A stretch of DNA of 45,102 nt from Octopus bimaculoides (taxonomy: Eukaryota): contig NC_068984.1 of assembly GCF_001194135.2 (NCBI RefSeq), positions 97,367,154 through 97,412,255 of the forward strand. Reading direction: 5' to 3'. Numbering within the stretch: the stretch's first letter is position 1; each line of letters opens with the position of its first letter. Below are positions 11,590 to 24,021 of the stretch, in pieces. The notes under the pieces were generated by a model. The model saw only the letters and a list, made by a program, of their open reading frames with translations. It made no database searches and had not been told where the DNA came from. The translations under genes were made by a program, and so were the position numbers.

Positions 11590-12600
11590 GTGACACTTAT
11601 TCAGTAGCCATGATAAAACTCTGAGTTTCGGATGCTAGGGTGGGAGCCCATGCCAACATCTCTTCAGTTATCTGGCCAATTGAAAATTCCTGTGAAAAAT
11701 GACCGTTAAAAACAAAGGGAAATTACTGTGTAGTGACAAGGTCAAAACGCATCTAAAAACTGCGTATATTATCGCATGCACGCATATATCCATATACGCA
11801 CGTACATATCTCTATATATGCATGCATATATCTACATACGCACGCATCCACGCGCACACTCACAAGCGCGCACATATAAAGTTCCTTGTACGTGTCTATA
11901 AGCGTACAGGAAAAAACTTTGGAGGGGAGAAAACAGAAAAATATATATGGAAAAATACAAAAACATTAACCCTATAATTATGTAAAAAACATAAAAATAA
12001 TTAGAAAATATAAAAAAGGTGAAAAGCTTATACATAGACACAATATAGAAACCTATCAGTATAGTCCTATCAGTAAAAATATTAAAAAATATTTAAAAAT
12101 ATATAAGAAATGTAAGTAATAATTATAGAGAGACACAAAAATAGAAAGCAAGTCCAATCAGTAAACTCAGGGGGACCAAAAACGTAGCAAATATTTGGCC
12201 ACATGTGGACATGATCCAAAAAGTTCAGTCTTTGAATTTAGACATGTGGTGGGATCTAAGCTGCCTTTCCAGATGAGCCATCTTTCCATATCACATAGAT
12301 CGCACCTTCCGCTGCCGCTGGTGTAAGGTTTACACTTGGCTAGGATCGTCCAATGGATGTTGTAACTGACACCTTTATCTTTTAAAGACCATATATGACT
12401 GGATAATTTTGTCGTTTTTCTTTTGTCCCAGTGCCTGAAACTCAAAGTGTGATTATTGAATCTGGCCTTGAAATTACCCTGCGTAGCAGCTTAGACCTCG
12501 AAACGTTAAAGACTTTTTCACTCCCCGAGCCTTATACTAATACATCTGTTTGTTTTCTACACCACATGTCTTCGTCTTTTGTTTATTTTTTTTGTGAATT
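11590..12600 (-). mobile_element. Penelope-like element 3' fragment: GIY-YIG endonuclease C-terminal half plus downstream pLTR-like region
   Basis: Minus strand reads NFKARFNNHTLSFRH...TKLSSHIWSLKDKG..YNIHWTIL...PY...RCDLC..E...I...LNSKTEL..SCPH..KYLL (stop at 12167), a characteristic PLE endonuclease C-terminus. Confidence 0.85.
11608..11675 (-). ncRNA. Type I hammerhead ribozyme (near-canonical) in the PLE terminal repeat
   Basis: Minus-strand RNA: CCA GAUAA CUGAAGA GAUGUUGG (loop) CUAGCAUC C GAAA CU CAG AG UU UUAUC A UGG. Stems I, II and III pair by inspection; the cleavage triplet is GUU. Confidence 0.7.
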
Positions 12601-12621
12601 CTCCTTATATGCATATTATAT

Positions 12622-12671
<50 letters not shown>

Positions 12672-12672
<1 letters not shown>

Positions 12673-14713
12673 AGAGAGGTTTGGAGACGCCACTATGAAA
12701 GGTTGCTTAATAAAGAGAATGAATGGGAGAAAGAAATTCTGCTGAATGTAGACCCAACAGAGAGACCAGCTAATTGACAGTACCTTGGTAGATAAAGCAA
12801 TCAAGAGTATGAAGACAGGAAAAGCCCCCGGCCCATCAGGAATCACTGCAGAGATGCTCGAAATATCTGGCAGTGTCGGCTATAGCCTAGTCACCTATAT
12901 AGTTAACCAGGTGATACACGAAGGAGTCATACCCAATGACTGATGTAGCAGCACCATAGTCAATTGCTACAAAGGTAAAGGTGATGCTTTTGACGCAAAC
13001 AATTACAGAGGTATCAAGTTGTTGGATCAGGTAATGAAGGTCACAGAGAGGGTCATAGCCCAACTAATTAGGGAGAGAGTCAGCTTAGATGAGATGCAGT
13101 TTGGGTTCGTGCCAGGGAAAAGCACCACTGATGCTATATTTCTGGTAAGACAGCTGCAGGAGAAATACCTAGCCAAAGATAAACCTCCGTACCAGGCTTT
13201 CGCTGACATGGAGAAAGCCTTTGACAGGGTCCCTCGATCCCTTATCTGGTGGTCAATGAGGAAACTAGGGATAGATGAATAGTTAGTGAGAGCTGTGCGA
13301 GCCATGTACAGGGACGCTGTCAGTAAGGTGAAGGTTGGCAACGAGTACAGTGAAGAATTCCGGGTAGAGGTAGGGTCCACCGAGGTTCAGTCCTCAGCCC
13401 CCTCCTATTTATCATAGTCCTCCAGGCAATAACTGAGGAATTCAAGACAGGTTGCCCCCCGGGAGCACCTCTATGCTGATGACCTTGCTCTAATTGCTGA
13501 GTCATTCTCAGAACTAGAGAAGTTTCAGGTGTGGAAGCAAAGATTAGAATTGAAGGGCCTAAGAGTCAACGAAGCTAAAACCAAAGTCCTAATAAGTAGG
13601 AAGGTAGACAAACCACAAACCCCTTTAGGTAGATGGCCCTGCTCGATCTGTAGAAAAAACGTAGGTAGAAACTCTATAAGATGTACCCAGTGCAAGCTAT
13701 GGACACATAAGAGGTGCAGCAATATCAAAGGAAGGCTAACTAGCAAGATAGTTTTTGTATGTGGCAGATGCTCAGGAGCAGTAAACACTGAAAATGTGCA
13801 GAGAACAACTTCTGCCACATTTCAGGTTGAAAAACTAGAAATAGTTGATAGCTTCCATTACCTAGGTGACCAAGTCAGTAGCGGGGAAGGGTGCACTGAA
13901 AGTGTAGCTGCTTGAATAAGAATAGCCTGGGCAAAGTTCAGAGAGCTCTTACCTCTGCTGGTGACAANNNNNNNNNNATAAGAATAGCCTGGGCAAAGTT
14001 CAGAGAGCTCTTACCTCTGCTGGTGACAAGGGGCCTCTTGCTCAGAGTAAAAGGCAGACTGTATGATGCATGTGTACGAACAGCCAAGCTACATGGCAGT
14101 GAAATATGGGTAGTGACTGCTGAGGACATGCGTAAGCTCGCAAAGAATGAAAGCAGTATGCTCTGATGGATGTGTAATGTCAGTGTGCATACTCGACAGA
14201 GTGTAAGTACTTTGAGAAAAAAGTCGGACCTAAGAAGCATCAGTAGTGGTGTGCAAGAGAGACGATTGCACTGGTATGGTCATTTGGTGAGAATGGATGA
14301 GGATAGCTGTGTGAAAAAGTACTACAGCCTAGCGGTTGAGGGTACCTGTGGAAGAGGTAGACTTAGGAAGACCTGAGATGAGGTGGTGAAGCACAACCTT
14401 TGAACATTAGGCCTCACTGAGGCAATGACTAGTGACCGAGACCTTTGGAAATATGCTGTGCATGAGAAGACCAGGCAAGACAAGTGAGACCATAACTCGT
14501 GGCCTTTACCAGGGCTGTAGCCAGCCCACTTATGCGTACCTTTCCTTCTTTGGACACAAAACTCTGCTTGTGAAGACCTGTTGGGGCAAGTGAAATCGAA
14601 ACTGAACCAAATTCAATGACTGGCACCCATGCCAGTGGAGCGCTAACAGCACCATCCGAACAGGACCACTGCCAGAGCAGCGGTCTGGCTTCTGTGCTGG
14701 TGGCATGTAAAAT
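12672..14713 (+). mobile_element. 5'-truncated RTE-clade LINE (RT, PHD-like finger insertion, C-terminus, 3'UTR), pseudogenised
   Basis: Motifs: EVWRRHYERLLNKENEW, MKTGKAPGPSG, NNYRGIKLL, QFGFVPGKSTTDAIF, DMEKAFDRVPR, SVLSPLLF, LYADD, YLG, RIAWAKFRELLP, RRLHWYGH..RM. In-frame stops and frameshifts. Confidence 0.92.
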
Positions 14714-15661
14714 ATTTGTCCATATTCATTCTCTCCATNNNNNNNNNNNNNNNNNNNNNNNNNNNNNNNNNNNNNNNNNNNNNNNNNNNNNNNNNNNNNN
14801 NNNNNNNNNNNNNNNNNNNNNNNNNNNNNNNNNNNNNNNNNNNNNNNNNNNNNNNNNNNNNNNNNNNNNNNNNNNNNNNNNNNNNNNNNNNNNNNNNNNN
14901 NNNNNNNNNNNNNNNNNNNNNNNNNNNNNNNNNNNNNNNNNNNNNNNNNNNNNNNNNNNNNNNNNNNNNNNNNNNNNNNNNNNNNNNNNNNNNNNNNNNN
15001 NNNNNNNNNNNNNNNNNNNNNNNNNNNNNNNNNNNNNNNNNNNNNNNNNNNNNNNNNNNNNNNNNNNNNNNNNNNNNNNNNNNNNNNNNNNNNNNNNNNN
15101 NNNNNNNNNNNNNNNNNNNNNNNNNNNNNNNNNNNNNNNNNNNNNNNNNNNNNNNNNNNNNNNNNNNNNNNNNNNNNNNNNNNNNNNNNNNNNNNNNNNN
15201 NNNNNNNNNNNNNNNNNNNNNNNNNNNNNNNNNNNNNNNNNNNNNNNNNNNNNNNNNNNNNNNNNNNNNNNNNNNNNNNNNNNNNNNNNNNNNNNNNNNN
15301 NNNNNNNNNNNNNNNNNNNNNNNNNNNNNNNNNNNNNNNNNNNNNNNNNNNNNNNNNNNNNNNNNNNNNNNNNNNNNNNNNNNNNNNNNNNNNNNNNNNN
15401 NNNNNNNNNNNNNNNNNNNNNNNNNNNNNNNNNNNNNNNNNNNNNNNNNNNNNNNNNNNNNNNNNNNNNNNNNNNNNNNNNNNNNNNNNNNNNNNNNNNN
15501 NNNNNNNNNNNNNNNNNNNNNNNNNNNNNNNNNNNNNNNNNNNNNNNNNNNNNNNNNNNNNNNNNNNNNNNNNNNNNNNNNNNNNNNNNNNNNNNNNNNN
15601 NNNNNNNNNNNNNNNNNNNNNNNNNNNNNNNNNNNNNNNNNNNNNNNNNNNNNNNNNNNNN

Positions 15662-15781
15662 TAGAAATAGCAGTCAATGCTTTTCCCTTCTGTTTTTTGT
15701 TCTATGTGTGCCATAAATATCGCCATCCATTAGAGAAAAATTTGTAGTTTGGAATCAGTAGTTCTTTGACTGCTATTTCTA
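15662..15781. mobile_element. Small MITE-like element with 16-bp terminal inverted repeats
   Basis: tagaaatagcagtcaa (15662-15677) is the exact reverse complement of ttgactgctatttcta (15766-15781). The left end abuts a gap. Confidence 0.45.
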
Positions 15782-15832
15782 AATTTTCAGTATGTTGGAG
15801 AAGCAACTCAAGCTAATCCCTGTATATTTATG

Positions 15833-15865
<33 letters not shown>

Positions 15866-15871
15866 TCACAT

Positions 15872-15911
<40 letters not shown>

Positions 15912-16255
15912 TTACACACATATACATATAGACAAACATATATATGGATTGACTTATGCATACACATATACCCACATGCACACTATATGGATATGTGTAC
16001 TTATATGCATATACATATGTGAATATACATACATACGCATATACATACACACTTGCTCGTGTGTGCAGACACACACTTACACATATAGGAGTTGGCTATG
16101 CTTTTTATGGTTATATTGGTAGACCATAGCTTCTAGCTTGGAATACAAATGAGATGGTTTGAATTTGGCAAAAACCTTTGCTCCAATAGGGTAACATGGT
16201 ACTTGAATCGGGTTATTTACAGTGGCTAATAAAAATAAAGGAAGTATGCTCTACT

Positions 16256-16400
16256 GGATGTATAATGTTAGTGTGCATGAATGGCAGAAGACAAATGAAC
16301 AGAGTGCAAAGTTGAATGTGAGAAGAATCACATGTAATGCATGAAGAAGCCTGCACTGGTACCAGATGTGGGATGTATATGAAAGCTGTCAATTGTATAA
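16256..16400 (+). mobile_element. Old RTE LINE C-terminal fragment
   Basis: WMYNVSVHE...KLNVRRIT...RSLHWY aligns with WMCNVSVHT...DLRSIS...RRLHWY of the RTE at 14167-14280. Confidence 0.55.
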
Positions 16401-16742
16401 AATGCTGAGTGCTTGACATAGCTGGGATTTGAGGATGAAAAATACGTAGAAGGACAGAATGAAGTGGTAATGACTGGTCACAAGTAGCTGAATTTCATGA
16501 AGTAGATGACAAAGAACTATAATGATTGGTGATGTGTAACACTAGAGAAAAACCCATTCAGCAGTGCAAGTATAGTAAAACTATCAGTAAAATAATGGTG
16601 ATGACAGAGGTTGGGATGTTTATCATATTGAATCTTTCATTCATTATATTCCTCTTAAGTTTCCCTTTACTACCTTCTTCAGAGCTTCTTTATTAATCCT
16701 GTTCATTGTTACATGCCAGTGCTACTGATATGATTAGGAATG

Positions 16743-17117
16743 TTGTTGTTGTCACTCTGTCGCTTACGACATCGAGGGTTCCAGTTGATCCGATCAACAG
16801 AACAGCCTGCTCGTGAAATTAACGTGCAAGTGGCTGAGCACTCCACAGACACATGTACCCTTAATGTAGTTCTTGGGGATATTCAGTGTGACAAGGCTGA
16901 CCCTTTGAATTACAGGCACAACAGAAACAGGAAGTAAGAGTGAGAGAAAGTTGTGGTGAAAGAGTACAGCAGGGTTGGCCACCATCCCCTGCCGGAGCCA
17001 TGTGGAGCTTTAGGTGTTTTCGCTCAATAAACACTCACAACGCCTGGTCTGGGAATCGAAACCGTGATCCTATGACCGCGAGTCCGCTGCCCTAACCACT
17101 GGGCCATTGCGCCTCCA
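16743..17117 (-). mobile_element. Full-length tRNA-derived SINE, family 2, with (AAC)n tail and 12-13 bp TSD
   Basis: Head on the - strand: ggaggcgcaatggcccagtggttagggcagcggactcgcggtcataggatcacggtttcgattccc (A- and B-box-like). TSD atgattaggaatg at 16730-16742 and 17117-17129. Confidence 0.9.
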
Positions 17118-17538
17118 TGATTAGGAATGACATTTGATTTGTCCATATTCATTCTCTCCATATGAAACCACTAGCACTCTATCTCTCTTCTACCATCAAT
17201 TCTTATCATTCTACTTCTACTTCTTCATCTTCAACTCTTATTACTCTCTTTCTCTCCCCCACTATCACCTCACCCATCCTTCTACCTCTTTCCCATTTTG
17301 CCTGTGTGAGGAAGAATGGTATGCAGATTTTTCAGTATTTAACAAAAACTGATATTAACCTTTTATCTTTGTCCTTAACATATACTACTCTTACTTACCA
17401 TCACCCAGTCTCTTTTGCTATCCATCACTCATACTCTCTTTTTTGCTATCCTATAATACAACTCCTGCTATTTTCTGTTCAATCTCCTTGCAAACAACCA
17501 ACATTTAGCTCTCACACTCATGTACACACACACACACA

Positions 17539-17696
17539 CACTAGCATAGCTAGTGGGGGGGGGGAGTCCACCCCAGGCAGCATTTTTAAACATGCACCAC
17601 TTTTGGGTCTGTAGTAGGCAATGTATTTTCTGTGGGGTCTGGAGGTGGCAAACAGAAGGGTCACTCCAGGCAGCACACACTCTAGCTACCCTAGTG
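17539..17696. mobile_element. Possible hAT-type MITE inserted in a (CA)n tract
   Basis: Termini cactagcatagctag and ctagctaccctagtg form a 13/15 inverted match. The 8-bp flanks are cacacaca and catacaca, but low complexity weakens the TSD call. Confidence 0.4.
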
Positions 17697-18109
17697 CATA
17701 CACACACACACACTCTCTCTTACACATACACACACGCTCTTTCCCCCTCAGCTATCTGTGTATATATACATACACAAACACACAGACACACTCACTCTTA
17801 CACACACATTCTCTCTCTCCCTCTCTTTCTCTATCAATGTGTTTATCTATCTATCTACATTTCTCCTCCCACCCCCATCCTATCACTTTGTTTTTCTTAT
17901 AACACTCATATCTCTGTCTTTCACCTTCTTGGACATCACTGTCTTCTATTCATTTTCAAAGTAATGACGATGATCTTTACTTCCATTTTTAGATGTAACA
18001 TAAGAAGTGGAAACATTACATATTTTGTGAAAAGTTTGTAAATTTTTTAAAGCTATTATGTTCACAGGCATAAAGTTTTCCTGTCCTAATCAACAATGAA
18101 ATGAGAGTA

Positions 18110-18228
18110 GAACTATAATAATATCCAGCGGGGTAATTGTGTGAACTATAATAATATCCAGCGGGGTAATTGTGTGAACTATAATAATATCCAACTGGGT
18201 AATTGTGTGAACTATAATAATATCCAGC
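18110..18228. repeat. 33-bp minisatellite, ~3.6 copies
   Basis: Unit gaactataataatatccagcggggtaattgtgt repeated head-to-tail without spacers. Confidence 0.95.
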
Positions 18229-19316
18229 TGAAACATAATGTGTTGAATAGTAAATAAAATATAGAAATTGTAGGTAGTCATGATGTCATGTGAAGTAATT
18301 AGTATCATTTTGAGCCTAACATTTTGATGGTGTTACATTTCTTTTCTCAACAAATGTTACGGTTTGATTTATGTAGATATAAGCTATCAATAAGCCATTG
18401 GTTCTTGGGTAGTGCTGAGATGGCTGTAGGAATAACATATTCATAGATTATAAGTTCAAATTTGATGTAAGTGTATCATTTTTGCTTCACAAAACATTTT
18501 TGTATGCATTGCTGCAGTTCACCTTGGGTCCATCCAAATCGACTGAGAAAATTATTTGAAACAAATCCAGTAAGATATCAAGCTTTTACAGACACTGTGT
18601 TAAAAGCACAATAAATATCAGACAGAGATGAAAATTCTTCCCAGCAGCAGTGGCCAGTGTGAGTGGAAGATGTGTTTCAGCTTATTGGAGCCTTTTCAGT
18701 GGTGCATGCTGGCAGCCAATTACATGCTTGGATGATTCATTATCTCTGATATAGGAAAATGTGAATAAAACTGTGATGTTGTAAATAGCTGCCCAGCTGA
18801 TTAAAAATCTAGTATATGCAACAGAGGTAGTATTTAACTAAAATAGCCATCTCTATATCATACTTAATGCATGCACACTGTCGATAGGCCAGTTATTGCA
18901 ATGTTTGTCTTGGCACAATATTTCTTATCTCTTAACACAACAAGTCCTTAAAATGGCTGTAGTGATAGAGATTGGACAGGTATATTTGGGTCTCAATTAC
19001 AACTTCCTTGTTCAGTCCCCCTCTACTGCTTTCTTTAAATGAAATTTTATATAAATACCTTTCAACCGACATAGATTATGATTATAAAGAAATTTGTAGG
19101 AAAATCTTTTCTGAGGTGTGGGGAGAGGACTTTGGAAAATTCACAAGATCTATGTCTTTCACCCATAACTTGGTGACTGTTTATCATGGATAGCGGGTAT
19201 AAATCCAAATTTGAAATATTCCTCTGAATATTGACGAACTTTTTTTTACTTGCACTACTCATTAATATGTATTTTTGAATCAACATAACTACAAATTTCT
19301 GCACCCCCCTCCGCCA

Positions 19317-20273
19317 ACTTTGGATGATCATAACTCTCAGAAAAATGGATATTTTAAAGGAAATTGTCAACAAATATGTGTTATATCATGTAGATTCCGA
19401 ATATACTAGATTTTGGGGAGTCCAATTCACCAAAGTCCAATTCATCTTAACTTTCAAGAAAATGGATATTTTTTAATGAAATTCTCTACTCGTGGGTGTT
19501 TTTGAACAAGTTGTCCATATTTGTTTCATTTTCTCCCTTTTGTGCGTTTGTGCATCCGTAGATTTCTACCACACACACACACACACGCACGCATGCACAC
19601 ACATATACATATGTAATTTAAAAAGTTCAAATGGGGAATTATTCCATTCAACATCATGTTTGTTATAGAGATTATGTAACAAATTATGCTTTACTCTTCT
19701 ATAGTTAACTGTGCGTGTATATTCCTTATTTTTGCTTCTGGTGTCTTCTACCTTTCTATTAGGAACGCATGCAACAGATAAGTCGTCTTAATAACATATT
19801 TCTGTGTACCAGACCTTTAGCTGTTATTTTTAGCATAACAAGTTTTCTGGTGAGGGCTTCATTTACCTTCATTACCTGTTTGTTGCTTCAGTAGAAATCT
19901 ACGGATGCACAGAAAAATGAAACAAATGGAGATAATGAAACAAATATGGACAACTTGTTCAGAAACACTCGCGAGTGGGGAACAGTTCTCAAAAATAGCC
20001 CCCAATTGTTTTCCCCCAAAATTCATGTCCTCGGAATCTACGTTGTCCGAGATATATTTGTAGAGAATTTCATTAAAAAATATCGATTTTCTTAAAAGTT
20101 AAGATGAATTGAAGTGGACTCCGGTGAATTTTCTGAAATTCCCCACCCCAAACCCTCCTAAAACACTTTTCCCCCCAAATTTTGTATATTCGGAATCTAC
20201 ATGATATAACACATATTCATAGAAAATTTCATTAAAAATATCCATTTTTCTAAAAGTTATGATCATCCAAAGT
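19317..20273. mobile_element. Foldback-like element with long modular inverted arms (19317-19569 / 19891-20273)
   Basis: Inverted pairs include actttggatgatcataact/agttatgatcatccaaagt, gaacaagttgtccatatttgtttcatt/aatgaaacaaatatggacaacttgttc and gtgcatccgtagatttctac/gtagaaatctacggatgcac. Confidence 0.75.
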
Positions 20274-20899
20274 CAGGGGTGGAGCAAAAATATGTGTTTG
20301 AATCAAACACGAAGAGAATTCAGTTCAAGCAATTTTTTCAACAATTTCTTCAAAAAGATTTCAGTATAAACTTTAGGAAAATATGCTCAAAAAGAAACAA
20401 AAGATATTCCGTGAATCTTCTCAGCAGCAAAAGCCTTTGTATCAATGATGGAAGTTTTTTCTTACCTTTTGCTGAATTCACAAACTGACTGGTGGGAATA
20501 AAATGACCTGTTAATTTTTATCTCTGTTCATATATATGCGTGTGTGTATGTGTGTGTTACCAGTACCATAAATCTCTCTATTTATCTATCTGTCCCCCTC
20601 CCTCTCCTCTCTATTTCTCTATCTCTCTCTTTTTCTGCCTCTTTATCTTCCTTCACAGACACCACTCCTTACTTCCATTCCATTTCAACCCATTTCACAC
20701 CATTCAGTTCTTTCATCTCTCACCCACAACGCCATTTATTGCCCTATCAACACTCTGAAACACCACATTTTTTTTTGTTGCCAGAGATAAAAGAGTCAAT
20801 ACTCTTAGACACACAAGTCTGTCTCCAGTTTATTTCTCCATAAGGAATTAAGATGGCATTGCGTTCAGTACTGACCAGTTCTATACTACATACACGCAT

Positions 20900-20936
<37 letters not shown>

Positions 20937-23647
20937 TTTGTAATTACCTACATGTTTTCACATACCACTAAATCAAAGGAAATAATCTATTCCCTCTTTA
21001 GTGACATCAGATGTTATAAAAAAAAAAAAAAAATGAAAACGAACTGTTGTCTCTAAAGTGTCCAAAATTTGATAAAATTGTCCACAGAAGGGATGTAAGG
21101 AATTTTTTTTTATTAACACATTTTTGAATTGCCCCCATTCTCTAGTGTTATTCATTCTAAACATTGTGTACAAAAGGTATAAAAATTCAGCATAACCCTA
21201 TGCAAGCCTCACCAAAATATTACCATGCCCCACAGTTGGGGCATGCGCCCTACGTTGGGAATCACAGATGTAGACATTACTGTTGGAATTTGAATTTTTA
21301 TAGTTAGATTTATATATCATCTGTGAGGCATTTATTTATATTTCTAATTAGTGTATGTTGTCTGAATGCATATTACTTTCATTGTTAATCAGTCTTTTTG
21401 TAGAATTCAGTAAAATACAGAGGTGTTGTCTGCTAATGTTTTCTTAACTAGATTTGTATTGTATTGTGCTGTGTAGTACATGGTGGTTGCTCCTTGTTTT
21501 AAGTGAATGGTTAACCAATAGGAGATTGTTCATGAAGTTAGTCATGAAGTTTATCCTTGAGTTAATAATCATATTGGTTATTTGTAGCTTATTCATAGAT
21601 TTACATGTTTGTAGTTGATAAGAAGGATTTAAATTTTAGTGTTTCATCATCAAATTCTCTTAACTGGTGCAGCCAGTCATTGGAGTGTTACTTTAGATGC
21701 TTTTGCAGTCAACTTTTGCCACTGGTCCCTTTTTCAGTCATGCATAACAGGGTCAGAGTGTTGTGACATGTGGTGCAGTGGATCCTTACTCTCCCCCTCC
21801 CATCATAAAATTATTTGCCCTCATCATCTGTAAATGTGATATGAGCTAATTTTCATGTGAGAAAAATATTCTTCTACCAACAGGTCATGCTTTGGGCTAG
21901 ATACCCCTCTCCACTGGATTAGGTTGTCATGATGACTGTTATTGGTTACAAGAGAAATCTGAGAAATTTATTTGTAAAAAAGTTCACTTCTTTGGTTCAT
22001 TATGGCAAATTCATCCATCACTTTACTATAAAATGTATCAGCGCCATGCTCTACCTTCATCTTCTTCAAAAGGTCTTTATTCATGGAAATAAAACCAAAT
22101 TATTCATTTTCTCTTTACTTTGAGAACACCTCATATAATTATTTACTCACGTTAATGAAAAAAGTGATTTCTCACAGGAAGCAAATGTAGCAGGTATGGT
22201 CAGAATTAGATGTAGTAATTTTGTTACTTTGGCCAGAGCTTGGTTTAGTACAAGTTCCTATATTTATGTTTGTGACTTCTTGGTTGCTTTACACTTGCCT
22301 TGTGAAATCTGCTGCATAAACTGATTTAAGCTTGCATTTCAATCCATCTAATTCCAATACGTTTTTATAGATATCCAAAAAGGAAAACTCTTCCATTGAA
22401 AATTTTTCCTAAGCATGAAAACGCTTTGGATTCAACAGTTAAACACATCTGAATTCAAAGATTTAAAACAGTGTTTTAAATTTTTGCCCAACATGAATAA
22501 TAATTTCATGCAAAATGTTGTTAAACAAAGTTCTTAAAAAAGTTTCTGGTTCTTAATGTTGACCAGGCTTCTCTGGTAGTGCAGTGAAACCATGACAGTA
22601 AAATTCTTTAAGCTTGTTACTCTTGATATTGTAGCCCTAGGATTTGAATCCTTTTCACTAAATTATCAATTAACTATCATGAGTGAGCCACAGTTGGGGT
22701 ATGTGATCTTACCGTGAACACTATTTATTGACCAATCAGTTTGCAGGAGAACATCATTAGATGTTCTACAAGTTAGAACATCATTTCAAGTTTCCTTGAG
22801 ATTTGCGGCCTTTTCTCCAGTAAAGCAGTTTAGTGCTAAATCAACCATGGCTCTTGTGTCATTCAAAGAGAACACAACTCAGCTATTGCTAAGCAAATCA
22901 AGGACAAAGTTTCAACAAGATTTGTCAGTTATGCACCTTGAAGATAACTAATGGCTGAGCAACCACAGTTATGTGGATCCCTATAGTCTAATCTCTCTAT
23001 CAGTGAGGATTTTATAATTTATGTATGTATTCATGTTCAGCCTTCCATTAAATATATCTGATGCTAAATATTCATGAGTCTTGCTTTTGTTTAGGCAGCC
23101 ATCTTAATCTCATGCCATGATTAATACAACAATTACACTTCCATGACAATATCAAACCCAGTTGGTTTTTGAAGTTCTCAACCTCATAAATTCATCTCAA
23201 AATATTAAGTGAACTTTTTTGAAGACTCAAAAACACAATCTCTGAATCACTCAATATAGTTTCAAAAACCACAAAAAAAAATTTAAACCAAAAACCCTCT
23301 AGGATTGCTATGAATCCCTTGCTTATGCTAATTCTGAAACACTCTAATCATCTGGATTTTCTAATATGGTTGAAATAGTTAAGAAAACTCAGTAAATTTG
23401 TTGGACAAAATAGATACTTGTTGAAATGAATAATTCCAATGTGTCTTAGGTAACTTTTGAAATCACCTTCCAAAAATTTCATCCAGTAGAGCTATTCAAG
23501 TTGTTGATTTTACAACAAAAAAGTTGAAATTCCTTTTAAAGTTTGGAAGAAAATTCAATATTTATGAGTACTTGAAGCCAATTGAGGCAGAACCAAATTA
23601 AGTGAACATGCATATCAATGTACAGAAACTCTTTTACTCTCTTTTAC

Positions 23648-24021
23648 TTGTTTCAGTCATTTGAGTGCACCCATTCTGGAGCACCACCTTTAGTCAAGCA
23701 AATCAACCCCTGGACTTATTCTTTGTAAGCCTAGTACTTATTCTATTGGTCTTTTTTGCTGAACCGCTAAGTTGTCAAGTGAAGTTGGGGGGACAAACAC
23801 AGACACACAAACATATACACACACATACATATTTATATATATATATATTGATATATATATAATGACGGACTTCTTTCAGTTTCCGTCTACCAAATCCACT
23901 CGCAAGGCTTTGGTCGGCCCGAGGCTATAGTAGAAGACACTTGCCCAAGGTGCCATGCAGTGGGACTGAACCCAGAACCATGTGATTGGTAAGCAAGCTA
24001 CTTACCACACAGTCACTCTGC
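23648..24021 (-). mobile_element. tRNA-derived SINE, family 1
   Basis: High similarity to the copies at 1475-1832, 25813-26172 and 44761-45102. Confidence 0.88.

Noticed and set aside
13916-14029. 52-bp direct duplication within the RTE
   Set aside because: Identical copies flank a 10-N gap, indicating an unmerged contig overlap.
14530-15747. Long ORFs of 300-400 aa here and at 26061-26807, 28654-29749 and 33157-33681
   Set aside because: They consist almost entirely of X from N gaps.
18110-18228. CRISPR-like 33-bp repeats
   Set aside because: There are no spacers or cas genes and the context is eukaryotic; this is a minisatellite.
21223-21275. GC-rich hairpin catgcccc-acagtt-ggggcatg followed by a hAT-like end
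   Set aside because: No matching opposite terminus or TSD was found, so it cannot be assigned.
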